A stretch of 64,000 bases of DNA from Candidatus Gottesmanbacteria bacterium (GCA_963711735.1 CAVQFA010000005.1:135525-199524); one strand, 5' to 3'. Shown: positions 51,002 through 64,000, counted from the stretch's first letter. Numbers and translations are program-made. Notes: generated by a model not told the origin, from the sequence alone.

Positions 51002-53275
51002 ATGAAATTATTTGCCTGCCGGGTGATAGTCTTCCTTCTTTTGTATTTCGTGTTTGGTTATTTCAATGATATTCACGCTGTTTCTCTCGTTTCCACCAAA
51101 TCCGCAGAACTCTCTGTTTCCGCACGCGTAAGTCCGCGTCCGTCTGATTTTCTCTTTGACCTGACCTCAGATCTGACTGACAATACAGTCGGTGCAGACA
51201 CAACGATAGAATACACGATAACCTACGGATCCAAGCTTGACTACTGGGCACCGATGGTAATAGAAGCAGAATGGAGCCTCGGAACGGTCCCAGAGCAATC
51301 TCTCTATTCCTACAATATCGTATCTTATGTTGCCGGATCTGCGACAAAAGACTACTGGGGAGAATCTACACCGATTGTCGACACAGTAAACCGGAAAATC
51401 CGTTGGGTCGTAAAAAGATTTCCGCCAAATACCATCGGAAAAACATTAAAGTTTAAACTGAAAACACCTGATCGGTATGTTACAGATAAGAACGTTAATT
51501 TCACTGTTCGAGCTAGAATGTATCAGAACGATGTATATTTACCATGGGACACGTTAGACCAAATCTACATGCCGGGGGAATTTATCAGGAAAGAGGTCAA
51601 AGGTTTGCAGTTTCTCGTTTTGGAAATCAGGAGAATTACCGATGCATCTTTTACGCTTTTTCTCGTGACAAGCGTTCCTGCAAAAGCAACTGTCTATTAC
51701 GGATTATCTCCTGATAATCTTGATAAAACGTGGTCAGACGATACCCTTACGGACCAGCGTCTCATAACGATAGACGGACTGTTACCTGCTACGAAATATT
51801 ACTACCGCGTGATGATCGAAAACGAGAAGGGGATCCAACGGAAAACACCGGAAGTGTTTGAGGTGACGACGTCTTCGACATCCCTCATTTCACTTATAGA
51901 CCAGGAGCGTGTACTTATCTCATCACGGGGAGTACTCCTCAAAAGTTCCTCCGGTCTCGGTATGGGTACACATGTGACAGTACCCAAAGGTGTGCCTGTT
52001 GAAGTGTTTCTTCCGTTTGCAACAGATGTCCCTTCATCCGTCCAGTTATCCTTAGCAAACCAAAAAGTCCTCGGGATTTCAACAGATACAGCTCCCTATA
52101 CCGCGGAAGGGAAAGTACGGCTTCTTGAGACGCAGCACAGGACATATACGGGCACAATTACGGCGCCGATTACGAGGGGTTTGTACGATATGGTACTTGA
52201 AACGGAAGGGACGAAAACCGGCGTCAACCAGGACGTCATGACGACGCTTGTTGTCAGTGATCCTCTCACGGTTGTAAACGAAAAGGGACAGTCGGTGGAG
52301 CGGGCAATCGTGTATCTCGAAAGGTGGAATGAGCGGGAATCACGCTTTGAATACTTCCCGTCTGAATCATTCGGATCCAAAAATCCCGGCTGGACGGAAT
52401 CTGACGGGAGTACGGACTTTATCCTCCCCCAGGGCGAGTACATGGTCAATGTCAATGCAATTGGATATAAAACATTCCAGAAAAACTTCTCCTTTGACCC
52501 GTCCGGTACCACCCCGTATCCACGGGTTGTGCTTGAACGTGCACCATTTTCTATTCTTACGTATATCACGTATTACTGGACTGTCTCCCTGGATGTCTGG
52601 CGCTTTGCCAATTACTCAGTCGACAGGCTCGCGTCATCCTGGCGGTTTTTGGATCTGTCGCTTCTCACGAGTCTCGCTATTTTGTCGATACTGAGTATTT
52701 TTACCAATCTCCGGAGGGTGAAGTTGTCTCTTGAAGGGTTTCTCATTTTTATCGAAAAGTGGGCGCTCAAATTATTGGGAAAGCTCAGAACGCATACGCT
52801 GTTTATCGGATTTACAGAACACTCCGGCACAGAGCTTCCCGTTCACGGCGTAACCGTGCTTCTCGTTGACAGAAAGTCCAAAACAGTCATCGGACATGAT
52901 ATAACGAATTCACTCGGTGAGTTTCACTTGCGTATCGATCCCGGGAGGGAATATGAAATAATTCTAAAAAAGCACGGATTTATCACACATAAAGAAAGTA
53001 TCAACGCGGAGGCACTTCTAGTTGACCGTACGCCATTTGTCCTGACTCCGGAAGTGACCGTACATCTGCCTCTTGTCCTTGAATTTGCCGGTACGATGGT
53101 CCGTATTATATTTCATGCGTTTTCCGACACATTCCTGTTTGCAGTCGGCATTCTCAATATACTTCTTTATATGCGGCTCGGGATACGTGTATTACCGGTC
53201 TTTATCCTGACAGCACTTAACACGCTTCTCTGGCTGGAATTCCACTGGCACATCTTCCGGATCCGGAGAAAATAA
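51002..53275 (+). CDS. Large secreted/membrane protein (~757 aa from Met51002). It carries a signal/anchor sequence, FN3/PAP-N-like and carboxypeptidase-regulatory-like beta-sandwich segments, and a C-terminal multi-TM region.
   Basis: The signal reads 'MKLFACRVIVFLLLYFVFGYF'. Beta-sandwich segments include 'ATVYYGLSPDNLDKTWSDDTLTDQRLITIDGLLPATKYYYRV' and 'VLLVDRKSKTVIGHDITNSLGEFHLRIDPGREYEIILKKHGF'. Several C-terminal hydrophobic helices follow. The upstream part of the track ORF (50807..51001) overlaps the convergent gene and was rejected. Confidence 0.7.
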   Translation: MKLFACRVIVFLLLYFVFGYFNDIHAVSLVSTKSAELSVSARVSPRPSDFLFDLTSDLTDNTVGADTTIEYTITYGSKLDYWAPMVIEAEWSLGTVPEQSLYSYNIVSYVAGSATKDYWGESTPIVDTVNRKIRWVVKRFPPNTIGKTLKFKLKTPDRYVTDKNVNFTVRARMYQNDVYLPWDTLDQIYMPGEFIRKEVKGLQFLVLEIRRITDASFTLFLVTSVPAKATVYYGLSPDNLDKTWSDDTLTDQRLITIDGLLPATKYYYRVMIENEKGIQRKTPEVFEVTTSSTSLISLIDQERVLISSRGVLLKSSSGLGMGTHVTVPKGVPVEVFLPFATDVPSSVQLSLANQKVLGISTDTAPYTAEGKVRLLETQHRTYTGTITAPITRGLYDMVLETEGTKTGVNQDVMTTLVVSDPLTVVNEKGQSVERAIVYLERWNERESRFEYFPSESFGSKNPGWTESDGSTDFILPQGEYMVNVNAIGYKTFQKNFSFDPSGTTPYPRVVLERAPFSILTYITYYWTVSLDVWRFANYSVDRLASSWRFLDLSLLTSLAILSILSIFTNLRRVKLSLEGFLIFIEKWALKLLGKLRTHTLFIGFTEHSGTELPVHGVTVLLVDRKSKTVIGHDITNSLGEFHLRIDPGREYEIILKKHGFITHKESINAEALLVDRTPFVLTPEVTVHLPLVLEFAGTMVRIIFHAFSDTFLFAVGILNILLYMRLGIRVLPVFILTALNTLLWLEFHWHIFRIRRK

Positions 53276-53293
53276 ATAGTATAAGAAGTTTCA

Positions 53294-53698
53294 TTACGGG
53301 ATAACTCTTACAGTTCCGACAGCATTAATATTGAGTTTGTTCCTGAATGTGATCGTTGCCGGTTTATCGATCCTCATGTGTACCGTTTCGCTTCTCATGT
53401 ACCCACGCGGGGTGGAAATGCCGGGATAGTCGGATTCAAGCCACATGGGTGAATCACTGCCATTGACGATGGTTAAGTATCTGCTGACTGCCATGACGCC
53501 GTTTGACGGTTTGAAACGACCGTTTTCGTATACGACACGCAGGTTGCCCGGGGCATTATCAATAGTCTTCGCTTCTTCAATAAGCGGTTTCGTGAGGGCG
53601 TTTTTCGGCAGCATCCCTATCACCATATACGGTGTGATGACGCCACGCACGTAGTATCCGGCAAGAAAGATGATAGTGAAAATAATGAGTTTTTTCAT
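53294..53698 (-). CDS. Small secreted/anchored hypothetical protein (134 aa).
   Basis: The N-terminal signal-like sequence is 'MKKLIIFTIIFLAGYYV'. No recognisable domain was found. Confidence 0.5.
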   Translation of the reverse strand: MKKLIIFTIIFLAGYYVRGVITPYMVIGMLPKNALTKPLIEEAKTIDNAPGNLRVVYENGRFKPSNGVMAVSRYLTIVNGSDSPMWLESDYPGISTPRGYMRSETVHMRIDKPATITFRNKLNINAVGTVRVIP

Positions 53699-53719
53699 AT
53701 ACTCCAGTGTATCAGAAAT

Positions 53720-54598
53720 TTATTTTTTTTGTTCACGTTCGGCTTTCAGAAATTCGTTTTCACCCCATGATTTCACAACCTCATCACTTACCGGAGTTCC
53801 CAACTGCCACATGAATTCAAACAGGGAAAACAGGCTTTTGGCAAGGGAGGAACTCGCAATTTCCAAACCCCAGCTTTCGTCCTCCTCAATGCAGATGATT
53901 CTCGTATACGAGCCTTTTACAATAATCCGCTGTTTGATGTCCCATATTGGATTTTCTATATAGCGGTAGTGAATTGCCTTTATATAGTCAGGATTATGCC
54001 CATACTGGTAGGATATGACATGACGTGACCAGTCAGAAAGGGGAAACAGTTCTCGGGGAGTGCATTTCAGTTTCATTTTCGTTCTATTCATTTTCTGGAC
54101 GTCAACGTTAATAAAGTCCCGTCCGAACGCATCCATCGGTGTCTGATAATCCCATCCGACTTGGGGGATATCCGTATTGTCAGAGTCTGTCGCCACATAC
54201 ACCTTTTTTGCTCCCTCAATCCCGGGGTAGAAATGGAAATCTGCATTTGCTCCTGCGGTTTTGTGATAATCGGACTTAAGGTCGGGCAGGATATTGAGGA
54301 TATCCGATTCGAGATGAAAAAGACTTTTGCGCCGGTCCCAGATGATTTTCCGAAGAACAGAAGGATTTTTGGCCTTGATTTTTGTCTGCTGCTTCGTAAT
54401 TCCGTCGCTCCGCTCGAGTTCCACAAGCCCTTTAAGTGACAGATTTGTGATGATTTCATACACGGTTGTCCGGGGTATTTTGGTTGCCTTAGCAAGAGCA
54501 AACGGATTGGTGCTCTCGTACTTCACGGCTTCTCTGTACACGAGGGCTTCTTTATCCGAGAGTCCGAACGCGGTGAGTGTCTTGGTTATCGTATCCAT
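53720..54598 (-). CDS. TrmB-family transcriptional regulator. It has an N-terminal winged-HTH TrmB domain plus a C-terminal effector domain.
   Basis: The N-terminus reads 'LTAFGLSDKEALVYREAVKYESTNPFALAKATKIPRTTVYEIITNLSLKGLVE'. The protein is 292 aa. Confidence 0.75.
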   Translation of the reverse strand: MDTITKTLTAFGLSDKEALVYREAVKYESTNPFALAKATKIPRTTVYEIITNLSLKGLVELERSDGITKQQTKIKAKNPSVLRKIIWDRRKSLFHLESDILNILPDLKSDYHKTAGANADFHFYPGIEGAKKVYVATDSDNTDIPQVGWDYQTPMDAFGRDFINVDVQKMNRTKMKLKCTPRELFPLSDWSRHVISYQYGHNPDYIKAIHYRYIENPIWDIKQRIIVKGSYTRIICIEEDESWGLEIASSSLAKSLFSLFEFMWQLGTPVSDEVVKSWGENEFLKAEREQKK

Positions 54599-54653
54599 TT
54601 GAGGTCAGTCTACTACTGTCGGAAGTGTTCGTCAACTTTGACAGTATACGGAT

Positions 54654-55271
54654 TTGCCCTATACTGTGCGGAAAAGGAGCAGTTCTATGTCACAAGAAAT
54701 AATGACGATTCAGATTTCTGAAAATACACAAGGTCGCGTAAAAAAGTGGTCTATTCCATACATCCATCCGACAGAGGTAATTACCAATCCCAATTTCCAT
54801 AATGCATTTTGGGGTGGAGATTTCACGATTCCTGCCGGTATGTCGATTGAAATTGGCGGACGGCAAACAATCGTTCAGCTCATAGGATTTCAGATGCTTG
54901 ACGGAGAGGGTGCTTTTATCGGCGGACCGGTGGATATGGATGGAAAAGGCTGGATGGGACACCGGGAGAACAAGGATGAATTTTGGTACCCTTTAACCGG
55001 CTTGGCGTCAGCATATGTGACGGATCAGGGACAAATACGACTCTTCGGGATGCAAGGACAACTGTCAGAATCACAACTCCAGACCGCTTCATTTGTTTTG
55101 GATCCCAACGGGTCACTCCGTATCACCGCAAGCGGAGAGGAAACGGACATTTCACCGATATTGACAAAACAAGGTGAGGTACACGGTACACGTTCAATTT
55201 TACATCCGTTTATCTACTTAGTCATCAAAGGTGAGCCGGTTGTCACAGTCAATGATTCGGAATTATCGTGA
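54654..55271 (+). CDS. Hypothetical cytoplasmic protein (205 aa; the true start may be Met ~54687). It is transcribed divergently from the TrmB regulator.
   Basis: The ORF has coding-like composition. No domain was recognised. Confidence 0.5.
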   Translation: MPYTVRKRSSSMSQEIMTIQISENTQGRVKKWSIPYIHPTEVITNPNFHNAFWGGDFTIPAGMSIEIGGRQTIVQLIGFQMLDGEGAFIGGPVDMDGKGWMGHRENKDEFWYPLTGLASAYVTDQGQIRLFGMQGQLSESQLQTASFVLDPNGSLRITASGEETDISPILTKQGEVHGTRSILHPFIYLVIKGEPVVTVNDSELS

Positions 55272-55281
55272 GGGTATCTAT

Positions 55282-56223
55282 TTACTTGCCTAAGAGCACT
55301 TTGGCTGCCTTGATGATGCGTTTGCGGAGAACGAAAAGGATAATTATTGCAATGACGATGAGTGCTGCGATCCGTATCGGGAAAACGATGAAGGTCGTTG
55401 TTGCGGTAGAACTTTCATTGAGCTTTCCACCTGAGTTGATGATGGCAAGTGCCGTGTATTTGCCGATGAGGAATTTGCTATCCCACACCACGTTTACTTT
55501 TCTTTCAGCACCTGGAAATACGTTGGTTCCGACAGCAACAACATCTTTCACTTTCTTCCCAAACATGTCAGTAATGGCAATCAAACCATGCGGACGGAGG
55601 TGAACGTTTCCGCTGTTTTTATACGAAAGCGTAAATGGAACGGGTCCGAACTCCAGAAATGATGGAGTGGTAAAATCCGTAATTGATAACTTTTCTACTG
55701 TGGGACCCTCTATTTCAATAAGAAAAAGGGAAGCAATTTCCTGCGATAAGCCTGCAGTACCGGCCGATGATTTACCGGCTGCTGTATAGACAAAAGATCC
55801 GTATCTGCCACCTGCCGCATCAGCGGATGGGATGCTCACTGTGGCTATAACCTCTCTTGCCTCATTGGGTCGAAGAGTAAATTCTGTTGTCGAGAGTTTG
55901 GTCCAGCTCGAGACTGACCATGGACCTTTTTCCGTGAGAGCCACTTGTCCTTCATCACCTGATGCGATGAAATCCTCTATACGCGCTTGTATAGTCAAGG
56001 GTTTATCGCTTTTGTTCCGTATAGATGATTTTACTTCCAGAATTTGTCCTGGTTTGGCAGTAAGCTCCTGTGACGGAGGAGACACTTCAAGACCCTGTCC
56101 TACATTGGCAGTCTGGGCGCGCGTCATTTGTGCGATGACGGAAGCTGCAAGGAGTATCGCTCCGGCGATGAGGTAGGGGAGAATTTTTAAATCTCGGTTT
56201 TCTGCAATAAGAGCACGGGACAT
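55282..56223 (-). CDS. Cell-surface protein resembling DUF916/DUF3324 proteins (the Csc-type WxL-partner family). It has a signal peptide and a C-terminal TM anchor with a basic tail.
   Basis: The N-terminus reads 'LPYLIAGAILLAASVIAQMTRAQT'. The C-terminus reads 'IAALIVIAIIILFVLRKRIIKAAKVLLGK'. The protein is 313 aa and is a paralogue of 57479..58459. Confidence 0.6.
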   Translation of the reverse strand: MSRALIAENRDLKILPYLIAGAILLAASVIAQMTRAQTANVGQGLEVSPPSQELTAKPGQILEVKSSIRNKSDKPLTIQARIEDFIASGDEGQVALTEKGPWSVSSWTKLSTTEFTLRPNEAREVIATVSIPSADAAGGRYGSFVYTAAGKSSAGTAGLSQEIASLFLIEIEGPTVEKLSITDFTTPSFLEFGPVPFTLSYKNSGNVHLRPHGLIAITDMFGKKVKDVVAVGTNVFPGAERKVNVVWDSKFLIGKYTALAIINSGGKLNESSTATTTFIVFPIRIAALIVIAIIILFVLRKRIIKAAKVLLGK

Positions 56224-56252
56224 AAATATTTTTGTCGGGCAGCGATTCTTAT

Positions 56253-57371
56253 TTAATACGTTGGTGTGGCAATTAAGACAACACTGCCTGTATATGCTCC
56301 CGGAGGCTGAAAGGTATCTACCTCAATTTGCCATCCAACGCGTTCTGTATCTCCAAGACCTGATCCTGGTGCAGCTATGTTATACATAACCTCTTCGGGA
56401 CTCGTTGTCGTTCCTGCCCAATTTCCGCCATCGAAACGGTTGTCATCGCCTGTAAGTAGGGAATCCTCCGTTGTGTATCCGAAAAAACCGGTATTCACGT
56501 TTTTTGTCTCACCGGTGGGTCCGCTCCAGGGAATAGGAACCGCATTCGATCCGGAGAAATTATCGATATTATTACCCGTTGCACCGTCTGAAAGGGGTGG
56601 GTCAGCATCTGCTTGAACCGTTACGAGGTATCCGTTCGTCGCGTTGCTTTTTATATTGATATCATGTGCAGCAATTTGTGGCGTGTCTGCCGTGAGTGTT
56701 CCGAACGGAATAGTAGAATCCGTCGCAGTTGTCGTGAGATCAGTTCCATTCACCTGTACACCGACTCCTGTGGCTACTGCTGTTACGTTAAATTCAAATA
56801 TGGACTGCACGTCTGCGGTGACGTAAATGGAATCTGTAGCAAGTACTGCAATTGCAGCATCAGCATAATCGATAGGATCGCTATTATCATCAAATGTTGA
56901 GATACGGACGTAGACAGCCGAATTTGCATCTGATGTATTGGTAATTCCACCGAGCGTGAACGTAACAGGATCTGTGGTTTGTGCAAGTATCGAACCGACT
57001 GTGATGCGGGCAGAATTATTGGCACCGCTTATCTGTGCGACGGTTTCACCTGAACCATCAATTCCGTCATTGGAATATGCTATACCGCCTTCTCCGGGAT
57101 CGGTATCGAGATTTGCCGGTGTACATGCTGCATTCGGATCTGAATTCGTACAAAAGTAGATATCCACAGTTTTTATTGCCGTTCCGGATGGTGATCCGAG
57201 ACTAAATGCATACGAAACATCTGCTTTTGATGCACGGGAATCGGATATTGTGACACTTGCCTCAGTAAATGTGACAGCCTGTGCTTTTTTGGCAAAAAAT
57301 GACGGAGCGAGAAGGACAATGACAAGAGAAAGAATAAGTGTGAGTGCAATAGATTTTCGAGCAGGGCGCAT
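56253..57371 (-). CDS. Secreted surface protein (372 aa) with a WxL-like C-terminal region (hypothesis).
   Basis: The signal peptide reads 'SIALTLILSLVIVLLAPSFFAKKAQA'. The C-terminus reads '...ERVGWQIEVDTFQPPGAYTGSVVLIATPTY'. The protein is Thr/Asp/Gly-rich. It is a paralogue of 58483..59577. Confidence 0.55.
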   Translation of the reverse strand: MRPARKSIALTLILSLVIVLLAPSFFAKKAQAVTFTEASVTISDSRASKADVSYAFSLGSPSGTAIKTVDIYFCTNSDPNAACTPANLDTDPGEGGIAYSNDGIDGSGETVAQISGANNSARITVGSILAQTTDPVTFTLGGITNTSDANSAVYVRISTFDDNSDPIDYADAAIAVLATDSIYVTADVQSIFEFNVTAVATGVGVQVNGTDLTTTATDSTIPFGTLTADTPQIAAHDINIKSNATNGYLVTVQADADPPLSDGATGNNIDNFSGSNAVPIPWSGPTGETKNVNTGFFGYTTEDSLLTGDDNRFDGGNWAGTTTSPEEVMYNIAAPGSGLGDTERVGWQIEVDTFQPPGAYTGSVVLIATPTY

Positions 57372-57478
57372 AAATAAATCCTTTCTATATTCACTATACA
57401 GATAAAAATTTCACGGTGTCAATAGGGGATTGGTCTGAATAGAATGCGATAACGCATATTTTGGGGTAAGGAATATAT

Positions 57479-58459
57479 TCATTTCGATGAAAAGAACGTT
57501 TTGACAGCGCGTTTGATATTTTTCCGGACTGCAAGCACAAGCATGAGCATTAGGATAATTCCCGCCCAAGCACCAAATGTTGAAAGCGGTGCTATGAGAA
57601 CGGTTTGTTCGTACGGTTTCGTCCATCTGCCGTTTCCGACAGATACAGCCAGGGAGAGCCGGTAGATATTTGGTTTGGCGTTTTCAAGTATTTTTATTTG
57701 CCATGATCGGATCTTTCCGGGCAGAATGATTTTTTCCGGAATTTCCATGCGATAGGCTTTACGGGATCCCAGAAGTGGGGTAATGGTGATAAAAGGTTTC
57801 GCGCTGAAATGGAATAGGGCTGTATTTTTTACCTCAAACGATGCGTCAATCGGACCCTCTGATGAAATTGTTTGTGATGTAAATGAGAGGATTGAACCGA
57901 TTGTATCGCCCATTGCGTTGTTATCCGGAACACCAAGAGATGCGAGAACTATAACGGTAATTCTCGGAATCACGCGTGGAATTGACGTTTGTGCTTGTAT
58001 CATCGGAGCAATTGTAAGCGTCGCGTAGTATCCGCCGACTTCTACAACCGTCGGTACTTTGATGGTCAATGAAACGGTATGTGTGCCTCGAGCCGGTATA
58101 ATCGTGTCCTCTTTATCAACAACCATCCATGAAGATAGGGGAGATGCGTTCTTTTCATCCTCAGGGACGGCAACATCATCACTTGATGGGATAATACGAT
58201 CGGGTTGTATGTGAACAGGAAGGGGGATATCCGTTAGGTTATCAATACGTACTTCATATATATTTGTTTTCCCTGGTGATAATTGGATGGGGAGTATTGC
58301 AGGAGAAACCCGGATGTTTTGTTCTACTGATTTATCTTTTGATATGTTTTGATCGTTCGATTGAGCATGGGCTGAGAAAGGTATACATAATGATATACAG
58401 AGTAAGATAATAAGAGAAAATATTGAAATAAAATGCTGTTTTGCTTTATATATAGTCAT
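57479..58459 (-). CDS. DUF916-like cell-surface protein (326 aa) with a signal peptide and a C-terminal TM anchor.
   Basis: The N-terminus reads 'FISIFSLIILLCISLCIPFSAHAQS'. The C-terminus reads 'GAWAGIILMLMLVLAVRKNIKRAVKTFFSSK'. Confidence 0.6.
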   Translation of the reverse strand: MTIYKAKQHFISIFSLIILLCISLCIPFSAHAQSNDQNISKDKSVEQNIRVSPAILPIQLSPGKTNIYEVRIDNLTDIPLPVHIQPDRIIPSSDDVAVPEDEKNASPLSSWMVVDKEDTIIPARGTHTVSLTIKVPTVVEVGGYYATLTIAPMIQAQTSIPRVIPRITVIVLASLGVPDNNAMGDTIGSILSFTSQTISSEGPIDASFEVKNTALFHFSAKPFITITPLLGSRKAYRMEIPEKIILPGKIRSWQIKILENAKPNIYRLSLAVSVGNGRWTKPYEQTVLIAPLSTFGAWAGIILMLMLVLAVRKNIKRAVKTFFSSK

Positions 58460-58482
58460 ATTTTGATATATATTGTTCTTTA

Positions 58483-59577
58483 CTAATATTCCGGTACGAC
58501 AATGTAGAGAATTGTCGTGCTGTATGATCCTGCTTTATGACTTTCTGATGCAGTCACGCGGTATCCGATGTTAAACCATTCACCGACAATCGGATTTTCC
58601 TCTACTTTGGCCAGATGGTCAGCAACAGGGTCGCCGGGAACGTTTACGGTAAATCCTGCATATTTCGGACCGCCGTTGGTAAACCTGTCCTGAACACCAC
58701 CTGCCAGGTTGTCGTCAGTTGTCGTATATCCAAAGCCGGTTCCGGTCCAGAGGCTCGGATTTGCGTTTAAACTTCCGTACGCGTCAATTTTATTTCCATA
58801 CATATCCGTGAGAGGTCCCGTATTGTAGGCATAGACGGTATACCCGTTGTACGCGTTCGTAGACGTCGTCACTTTTGTGAATTGTGTACTGTCTGTCCAG
58901 CTGTTCGTGGGTTCGAGCGTATTGAACGTTACGGTATTTCCGCTCACTCCGAATGTGAGCGACGGAATGCTCGTTGTTGCCGCGGATGGCAGGCTCCATC
59001 CGGACTCAGTTTTATCACCGGTTCGCGCTTTTACTTTTACTGCATAGGTCGTGCTCGGATTTAAACGGGAAATAAATACTCCGGCAGTTCCGCCCCAGCC
59101 GGTTTCATAGCCGAGGAAATCTTCAATTCCAAGCGCTGAGCCGATAGTGAGGTCATCCTGGATATAGCGTGTTGTTACCCAGTCATCATCGGAAATGGCA
59201 ACAGCATATGTCGCATCGGTAGGGTTATCTCCGGTATCAATGATAATTTTAAGACGATCGTATGTGCTTCCGGGATTGGTAAATGACGGGGCATCGGGAA
59301 CATTTGCAAGCATGGTGAATACGAGACCTTGTCCGAGAATATGCGTTCCGGCTGACGCGGATGCCCCCGATTGTTCACCTGCAATTGCAGTCATGGTGTA
59401 TGCGTTTCCGGCTGATACGGAGTCATCCGTACCTCCTGCTCCGAAACCATATTGGATAAGTTCATATTTGTCACTGACCGGACCGGCAAGAACGTGTGAA
59501 AAAGGCAGAATAAATATGGATAATATTACGGCGAGTTGTGAAAAAAAAGAAATACCCATGCAATATGTAGTATACAC
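58483..59577 (-). CDS. Secreted surface protein (364 aa) with a WxL-like C-terminal region (hypothesis). It is the first gene of a four-gene minus-strand cluster.
   Basis: The signal peptide reads 'MGISFFSQLAVILSIFILPFSHVLAGP'. The C-terminus reads '...PIVGEWFNIGYRVTASESHKAGSYSTTILYIVVPEY'. Confidence 0.55.
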   Translation of the reverse strand: MYTTYCMGISFFSQLAVILSIFILPFSHVLAGPVSDKYELIQYGFGAGGTDDSVSAGNAYTMTAIAGEQSGASASAGTHILGQGLVFTMLANVPDAPSFTNPGSTYDRLKIIIDTGDNPTDATYAVAISDDDWVTTRYIQDDLTIGSALGIEDFLGYETGWGGTAGVFISRLNPSTTYAVKVKARTGDKTESGWSLPSAATTSIPSLTFGVSGNTVTFNTLEPTNSWTDSTQFTKVTTSTNAYNGYTVYAYNTGPLTDMYGNKIDAYGSLNANPSLWTGTGFGYTTTDDNLAGGVQDRFTNGGPKYAGFTVNVPGDPVADHLAKVEENPIVGEWFNIGYRVTASESHKAGSYSTTILYIVVPEY

Positions 59578-59684
59578 ATAGTAGAATAGTTTTTTCTATT
59601 AAGGAAAAATATTTTTGCGGAAGCAATATAACTTTAATACTTAGCTTCAATTTTACAAATTGGTACAAGCCTATATTACTTAAG

Positions 59685-60110
59685 TTATAAAGGAATATAG
59701 AACATCGACAGACCGAACATGGCATGGAAATATTCAAATGTAGCAATTTGTCCTATACCGCGCCGGTCAGCAAGAACTGCCATGAGTGCTTTCTGAAAGG
59801 GAATTTCGTTTGATTTATCATTTGCATACAGTTTCATGGCAGCTTTTGTATCGCTTTCATCCGGATAGATGATCGTAATATTGCTTGCCATGACGGTCCG
59901 TAAAAAATCTTTGGCGATAGACGGACTGATGGTTGACGCGATGATGTGGTAGGTATCATTCATGGAAAGGAGGTCTGTCGATAGGTGATATCCTTCAAGC
60001 GCAAAATAACGGAAAAACGCAGATGCCTGATCGTGTTTAGAGTGATTTCTGTCTATAAATGCCAATAACACATCCGGTGCGAGAAATACTTTTTTACTTA
60101 TAAGCGGCAT
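59685..60110 (-). CDS. PIN-domain (VapC-like) toxin.
   Basis: The 141-aa protein begins 'KVFLAPDVLLAFIDRNHSKHDQA...' and has a PIN-like acidic-residue pattern (D at ~aa 12, E, D). It lies 2 nt downstream of a small HTH gene. Confidence 0.65.
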   Translation of the reverse strand: MPLISKKVFLAPDVLLAFIDRNHSKHDQASAFFRYFALEGYHLSTDLLSMNDTYHIIASTISPSIAKDFLRTVMASNITIIYPDESDTKAAMKLYANDKSNEIPFQKALMAVLADRRGIGQIATFEYFHAMFGLSMFYIPL

Positions 60111-60112
60111 AT

Positions 60113-60442
60113 TTATTCTTCCTGATTATCCAAGTGAAAGCTTGCTCCGCGTCCTTCAAATCGGAAAAACGGATCATCATGGGTAAAAGGAATAAGCGGT
60201 ATATTTTTCCGTTCTTTTCGTTTCCGCTCTTTTGCATTTTTCGGAATAAAATCTTTCGTTATCGTATTTAAATCCGTTTCCCGGATACGTACGGCACCTC
60301 CGACTTTTACCGCTGTAAGCTTTTGTTCGCGAATATATCTTCGAATTGTGAGCGGATGAACCTTCAGGATGAAAGCAGCTTGATTGACGTTAAAGAAAGT
60401 ATCCATATGTAAATATATATAATAATATACAATAATATGCAA
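60113..60442 (-). CDS. Small HTH_17 (excisionase/MerR-type) DNA-binding protein, a putative antitoxin partner of the PIN protein. The likely start is the internal Met at ~60406.
   Basis: The protein reads 'MDTFFNVNQAAFILKVHPLTIRRYIREQKLTAVKVGGAVRIRETDL' followed by a KR-rich tail. Confidence 0.6.
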   Translation of the reverse strand: MHIIVYYYIYLHMDTFFNVNQAAFILKVHPLTIRRYIREQKLTAVKVGGAVRIRETDLNTITKDFIPKNAKERKRKERKNIPLIPFTHDDPFFRFEGRGASFHLDNQEE

Positions 60443-60490
60443 GTTTTGTCAATAGTTGACTGTAATTATAATAAGTATTTATTCTAATAG

Positions 60491-64000
<3,510 letters not shown>

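Overview
The window is dominated by four giant collagen-like fibre genes made of near-perfect Gly-X-Thr triplets (GPTGATG / GPTGSTG units). Together they occupy about 48 of the 64 kb. They are: (i) 1..18435, whose first ~11 kb is broken by dozens of frame changes, followed by an intact 2438-aa C-terminal ORF; (ii) 25010..38164 (4384 aa); (iii) 40270..50082 (3270 aa); and (iv) 60506 to the window end (partial, absent from the ORF track because it has no stop inside the window). Where the termini are visible, these proteins share the same build. The N-terminus carries a membrane anchor (a TM helix or signal peptide), and in gene (ii) also two cytoplasmic HTH_17 domains. Next comes a kilobase-scale collagen stalk. 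This is followed by beta-helix-like 'GNVGIGTT(N/S)P' repeats and a shared 'DxAExY...ALAGRVPV...MKAT' module of unknown identity. The C-terminus has carbohydrate-binding/adhesin-type ends: a peptidase-S74 chaperone domain (gene i only), an H-type-lectin-like domain (all three) and an SH3b domain (gene iii). Flanking genes are a three-gene minor-pilin (PilV/W/X-like) operon, a multi-TM + TPR GT-C-like membrane protein, and an HTH_17-Cache membrane sensor translationally coupled to fibre iii. A four-gene WxL/DUF916-like surface-protein cluster, a TrmB regulator, a LytR_C protein and a PIN/HTH_17 toxin-antitoxin pair complete the set. No rRNA, tRNA, CRISPR array or transposase genes were recognised. 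Overall this looks like an envelope/adhesion island of a small-genome, pilus-bearing (possibly CPR/Patescibacteria-like) bacterium rather than a prophage. The codon choice of the repeats leaves all six reading frames stop-free for kilobases, so most ORFs in the track (antisense 'PVAPVGPV' and off-frame 'QPVQPEQ' / 'NRSNRCNR' readings) are shadows.
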